A stretch of DNA of 53,137 nt, filler included, from Sphacelaria rigidula (taxonomy: Eukaryota): NCBI GenBank assembly GCA_964200075.2. It is 3 parts of 3 records of this genome, joined end to end, with 100 filler letters (N's around TTAATTAATTAA, not from the genome) between each part and the next. Parts side by side here need not be neighbours in the genome. Positions count along the whole stretch, not along the records: positions 35,496 to 53,137 come from CAXNAA020001023.1; 2 more parts are not named here. One strand, 5' to 3'. Below the pieces are notes generated by a model. The model saw only the letters and a list, made by a program, of their open reading frames with translations. It made no database searches and was not told the DNA's origin. Positions within the stretch are counted from its first letter, which is position 1, and every line of letters starts with the position of its first letter. The position numbers were made by a program, and so were the translations under genes. This document shows positions 49,591-53,137 of this stretch, piece after piece.

Positions 49591-51339
49591 TGAGTAACAT
49601 GTTTTTTCCTGGTTTTTTTTTTCTGCGAGGCCCGGGTCCCGAGGAGCCCCCCGATTGCTGTGCATGAAAATTTCGGAGGGAAATCGGTTCAGATTATGTG
49701 TTTTGCTGTTCTTGCGTTTCTGGTCATTTCTCGTACCTACCTTAGCCAAAATACGAGAAGGTATACCTTTCCTAGGTCATCGTCCTTCTAAGCATATCGT
49801 ACCGAACTCTATTCTCGGTCCGATATGCAACCCTGGTTCACACACGGTGATTTGCGCCGTGGTAGCTGAAGGATTAATCCTTTCGATACTGGCAATGGAA
49901 AAGTGCTGATTTGGAGGTGCTGTTTTTCGAACGACACATGGTTCCACGCAGCACTTTTTTGCCCAAGGCGTGTTTTTCGGACCTGCGCGAGTTTCAAATG
50001 CCGGTGAATTGCGTAAATGTCGCACCTCAATCCTTCCACGTATAGTGAGGGGATTTCCGTGTGCTCGGCCGTGCTACTTTGTGATGTGGCTTACCGCGCT
50101 TGCCAAGTGTTGGGCGGGTACGACCTTCGGACTGCAGCACAACAAAAGTACGGTGCGGTGCGTCACCGCTATAGAAGTGTGCCCCAGAGCCACACGGGAC
50201 TGCATATATAGAAATATACAGGTGGTGCTAATTTTTGTTTAATGAAATTCAGAAGCCGCGGTGCTGATTTTTGCTGTGCGCCCACCGTTGAAATCACTTG
50301 ACCCGTTGCCTTCTCTTATCATGCTACAAAGACGAGTACTATGCAATTTGCAGCAAGGAATAGATTCCATACTATGCGCAGTACACTTTTTTGCACCGTT
50401 TACGTACTGACTGTTGAATATTTTGCCCACGGCGTGGTATATTTCCACATACAATCCAACGCGGTGAGATCGAGAAAGAAACTGCAAGTTGTGGGCGAAA
50501 TATATGTGGAGCAATCGCCAAAATATTCACGTACAAACTCTTCCCCAGTGCGCTGTAAGATGATGTCGCTAGAAGAACACCACTACAACCACCTTACCGG
50601 CTGCCGGGTTGTCAGCAACTTGGTTACGCCAGCATTGCTACTGTCTGTACGGGGACGTTGCCCACTTGCCGGTTACACCGGCAAGGGTCCGTGGCAGAAC
50701 GCAGGGGTCGCGCGACAAAAGCGTAACCTTGACCTGTGGAGCAACTTGGACCGGGAATGGTCAGCCCCCGACCCTCAGATATGTAACGGAGCCTAAACGA
50801 TGCTTGTTTGCTGGGTTTCCGCTGGCGTTCATCCCTAACTGGACGAAGATTGATCATGAGGCCTACAGGATTTCGTCGCAGCCTGCGGAACCGACCGATG
50901 TCGTACCCTGTATAATCGTCATGAGACAGTAACTGCTGAATAAAAAACAACAGCATCACGGGTATCCGCTGGTTGAATGTAGACCGAACCCTCCACGCCT
51001 TGTGCGGCGACGGCTTCGACTGTGACACCATGCTGTAGTAGCAGTCCACATATCCTCCACGTTTCGGCGTCATCATAGGCGAGGTGCGGATTGATTTGGC
51101 GCCTGAACTTCAAAGACACCGCCTTCATAATATCGAAAAGGAAAAACAGTAATTGGATATGAAACTAATTCGACAGCACCGGGGCGACATTTTTGGTGCA
51201 AGTATGACGTACGTCGATGCATTCTTCTGTGGCCTTCCAGAGTGAAGATGGTTGTGGGTAATTTATTTTCCCATTTATTTTTCTGTCAGCGCTTGAATTC
51301 ATGAGGCGTTTGAACCGGGGACGCGAGGGGGGGGGGGGG

Positions 51340-52145
51340 TTGCCTTAGTCGTCTGACCATTGACCACGCATCCCTCTCGAGATGGAGCACCATTCCTACT
51401 CCTATAAGAGACACCTTCAACATTCCGGCGCTCATTACGTTTCTTCCTGCATTACACAAAACCTTTTACACATCTCATCCCCGTCCTGTTTCGTCGTCTA
51501 TGGCCACCATCTATTTCCTAGTATAGCCGTCGTTTTCTCCCTACTGTCTGATGCATCAAACGATTTCATGCCATCTTCGTTCACGTCCCACATTCTCCCC
51601 TCTGGCACGCCCCGTACCTCCTTGTATCGTTCACATTTTGCCACCATATGACTTCTGCTCTCTATCGCTTTGCCACAGGGGCAACTCTGTCCATCTACTT
51701 CCTCGTCCTTTCGACGACTGGTATATATATATTTATTTCTTCTTTCTGGCAGGTCCAGGCCCCCCACCCGAAATCGCACTTGAATTTTTTTCGCCGCGTC
51801 CACTGGGCCATGCAAATATGCCTTCATCCCTATCCCCTCCCGCAACCCCACGTATATCTCCAGGTGTTCTTCCTCGTCTACATTTCGTCTGAGCGCTTCT
51901 CTTCCTCTTATTTCTGTCATATCTCTTACTTTTGTCTTGTACCCTGCGCCTTCATCTATGGACAGTGTTTTGTCTTGGTTTCCTCCAATTTACTTTCATA
52001 ATTTTTCGACTTCTCTATCCCACCTTTTAGCATACCCTTCCGTACTTTTCCTCCATATAGCCTCATCAACTATGGCTGGCAATCTCCTTCTCTGCATGCT
52101 TTTTACGCTCTATCGCCATCGCAATGCCCTCATGTCTCTGTTTGA
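51340..52145 (-). mobile_element. Degenerate 5'-truncated non-LTR retrotransposon (3' end of ORF2)
   Basis: Broken ORF with a Cys/His knuckle-like SCPCGKAIESRSHMVAKC, in-frame stops and frameshifts. It ends in ...RNGAPSREGCVVNGQTTKA, and this terminus recurs elsewhere in the window. Confidence 0.8.
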
Positions 52146-53137
52146 ACCCTTAGACAGCGACCCCCCCCGGTGGTAGACTGAGGTATACACTCCACTTTTT
52201 GGGTTCATAATCATTCCACTGTCACAACTCATAACGCCTACTCTGAGGCGGAAGGGACCGGGGGTGCATACGAGGCACATAGTTGTGAGAGTCATAACAC
52301 AGACAGTCTAGACGACTACCTGATAATTACGCCGCATGTTTTTGCTGCGCAGTCTGTCGTGTATCGTGCCGCGGCTGCACGTGCGGTCTGCAGCATAAAA
52401 TACTGGATCTTACAGTGTTGAACGTGCCGAGTGTACGTAGCGTGCGTTTGGATATCGCACCATGACTACCGCCGCGAACGCCCCTGAATACCGTAGAGCA
52501 CTTGCTCGGCGATGGCGGTTGCCTCACCGCCGAAGTACTTGTGTACATTTACGTGCGTAGGATACTCGTGGCCGCCGCTCGCACGTTGCGCCATGACGTT
52601 TCATACCAGATGAAGGTGTGGAGCTAGCAGGACGCTCAGACAGTACTGAACAGACAGACACAGTGTACCGAAGATGCTCGAACACCAGCTTTTTGGTTAT
52701 ATAATCTATGGTTGATTTGGCATGATCAAAATGCGAAGAAATTAGATGCGCACCCGGGTGCACCATGTGCACCCTCGGATAATGGCAAAACACGTGCGGC
52801 TGGCCTGTGCCGCATGACCACCCCGACCGTGGTGACTTGCATCACACTTTCAATCGGAGCTAGCACAACCAACGCAGAATATAGTCAACAGTACAACAGT
52901 AACATGATGTCGCACTCTCTCTTATCTCTCACTGCCCGTCGCGTGGCCGCGTCTGCATGACTTCCCACTGCCAGCTCGAAGATGAAAAAATGATCTGTTG
53001 TTTATTTCGAAGCTCAAAATTTTACGTTCGCTAACTTCTCATCTATATACGATGCACACCGACAAAGTATGAAGGGAGAAGAGCTGCTGTTACGTGTACC
53101 CGGAGAGGCACAGAAAACCCAAGGTAGAGAGAGTGGC

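Overview
Eukaryotic, intron-rich DNA of roughly 50% GC. It is most likely from a stramenopile, probably a brown alga (inferred from long TE-filled introns, GTGCGT/GTGAG donors and a bipartite plastid-targeting presequence). Five spliced genes can be reconstructed by hand with consistent exon phases. Two are tandem paralogues on + (about 2.5-6.8 kb and 12.9-21.7 kb). They share a C-terminal Tudor/SH3-like domain and identical intron phases, and the second carries about 80 Ala/Thr/Ser-rich heptad repeats. The others are a probably plastid-targeted double-hotdog thioesterase (-), a ZC3H3-like CCCH zinc-finger gene (+) head-to-head with it, and a 3'-incomplete Mpp10 gene (-). Introns and intergenic DNA hold many non-autonomous elements: TGT..ACA MITEs carrying telomere-like repeats, Tc1/mariner, hAT and piggyBac-like MITEs, and 5'-truncated LINE ends. 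There is also a 192-bp intronic palindrome and a 1.7-kb foldback with a central 42-bp minisatellite. Two 100-bp N gaps with TTAATTAATTAA are assembly linkers. No rRNA, convincing tRNA or CRISPR array was seen. All calls are by eye; no database searches were run.
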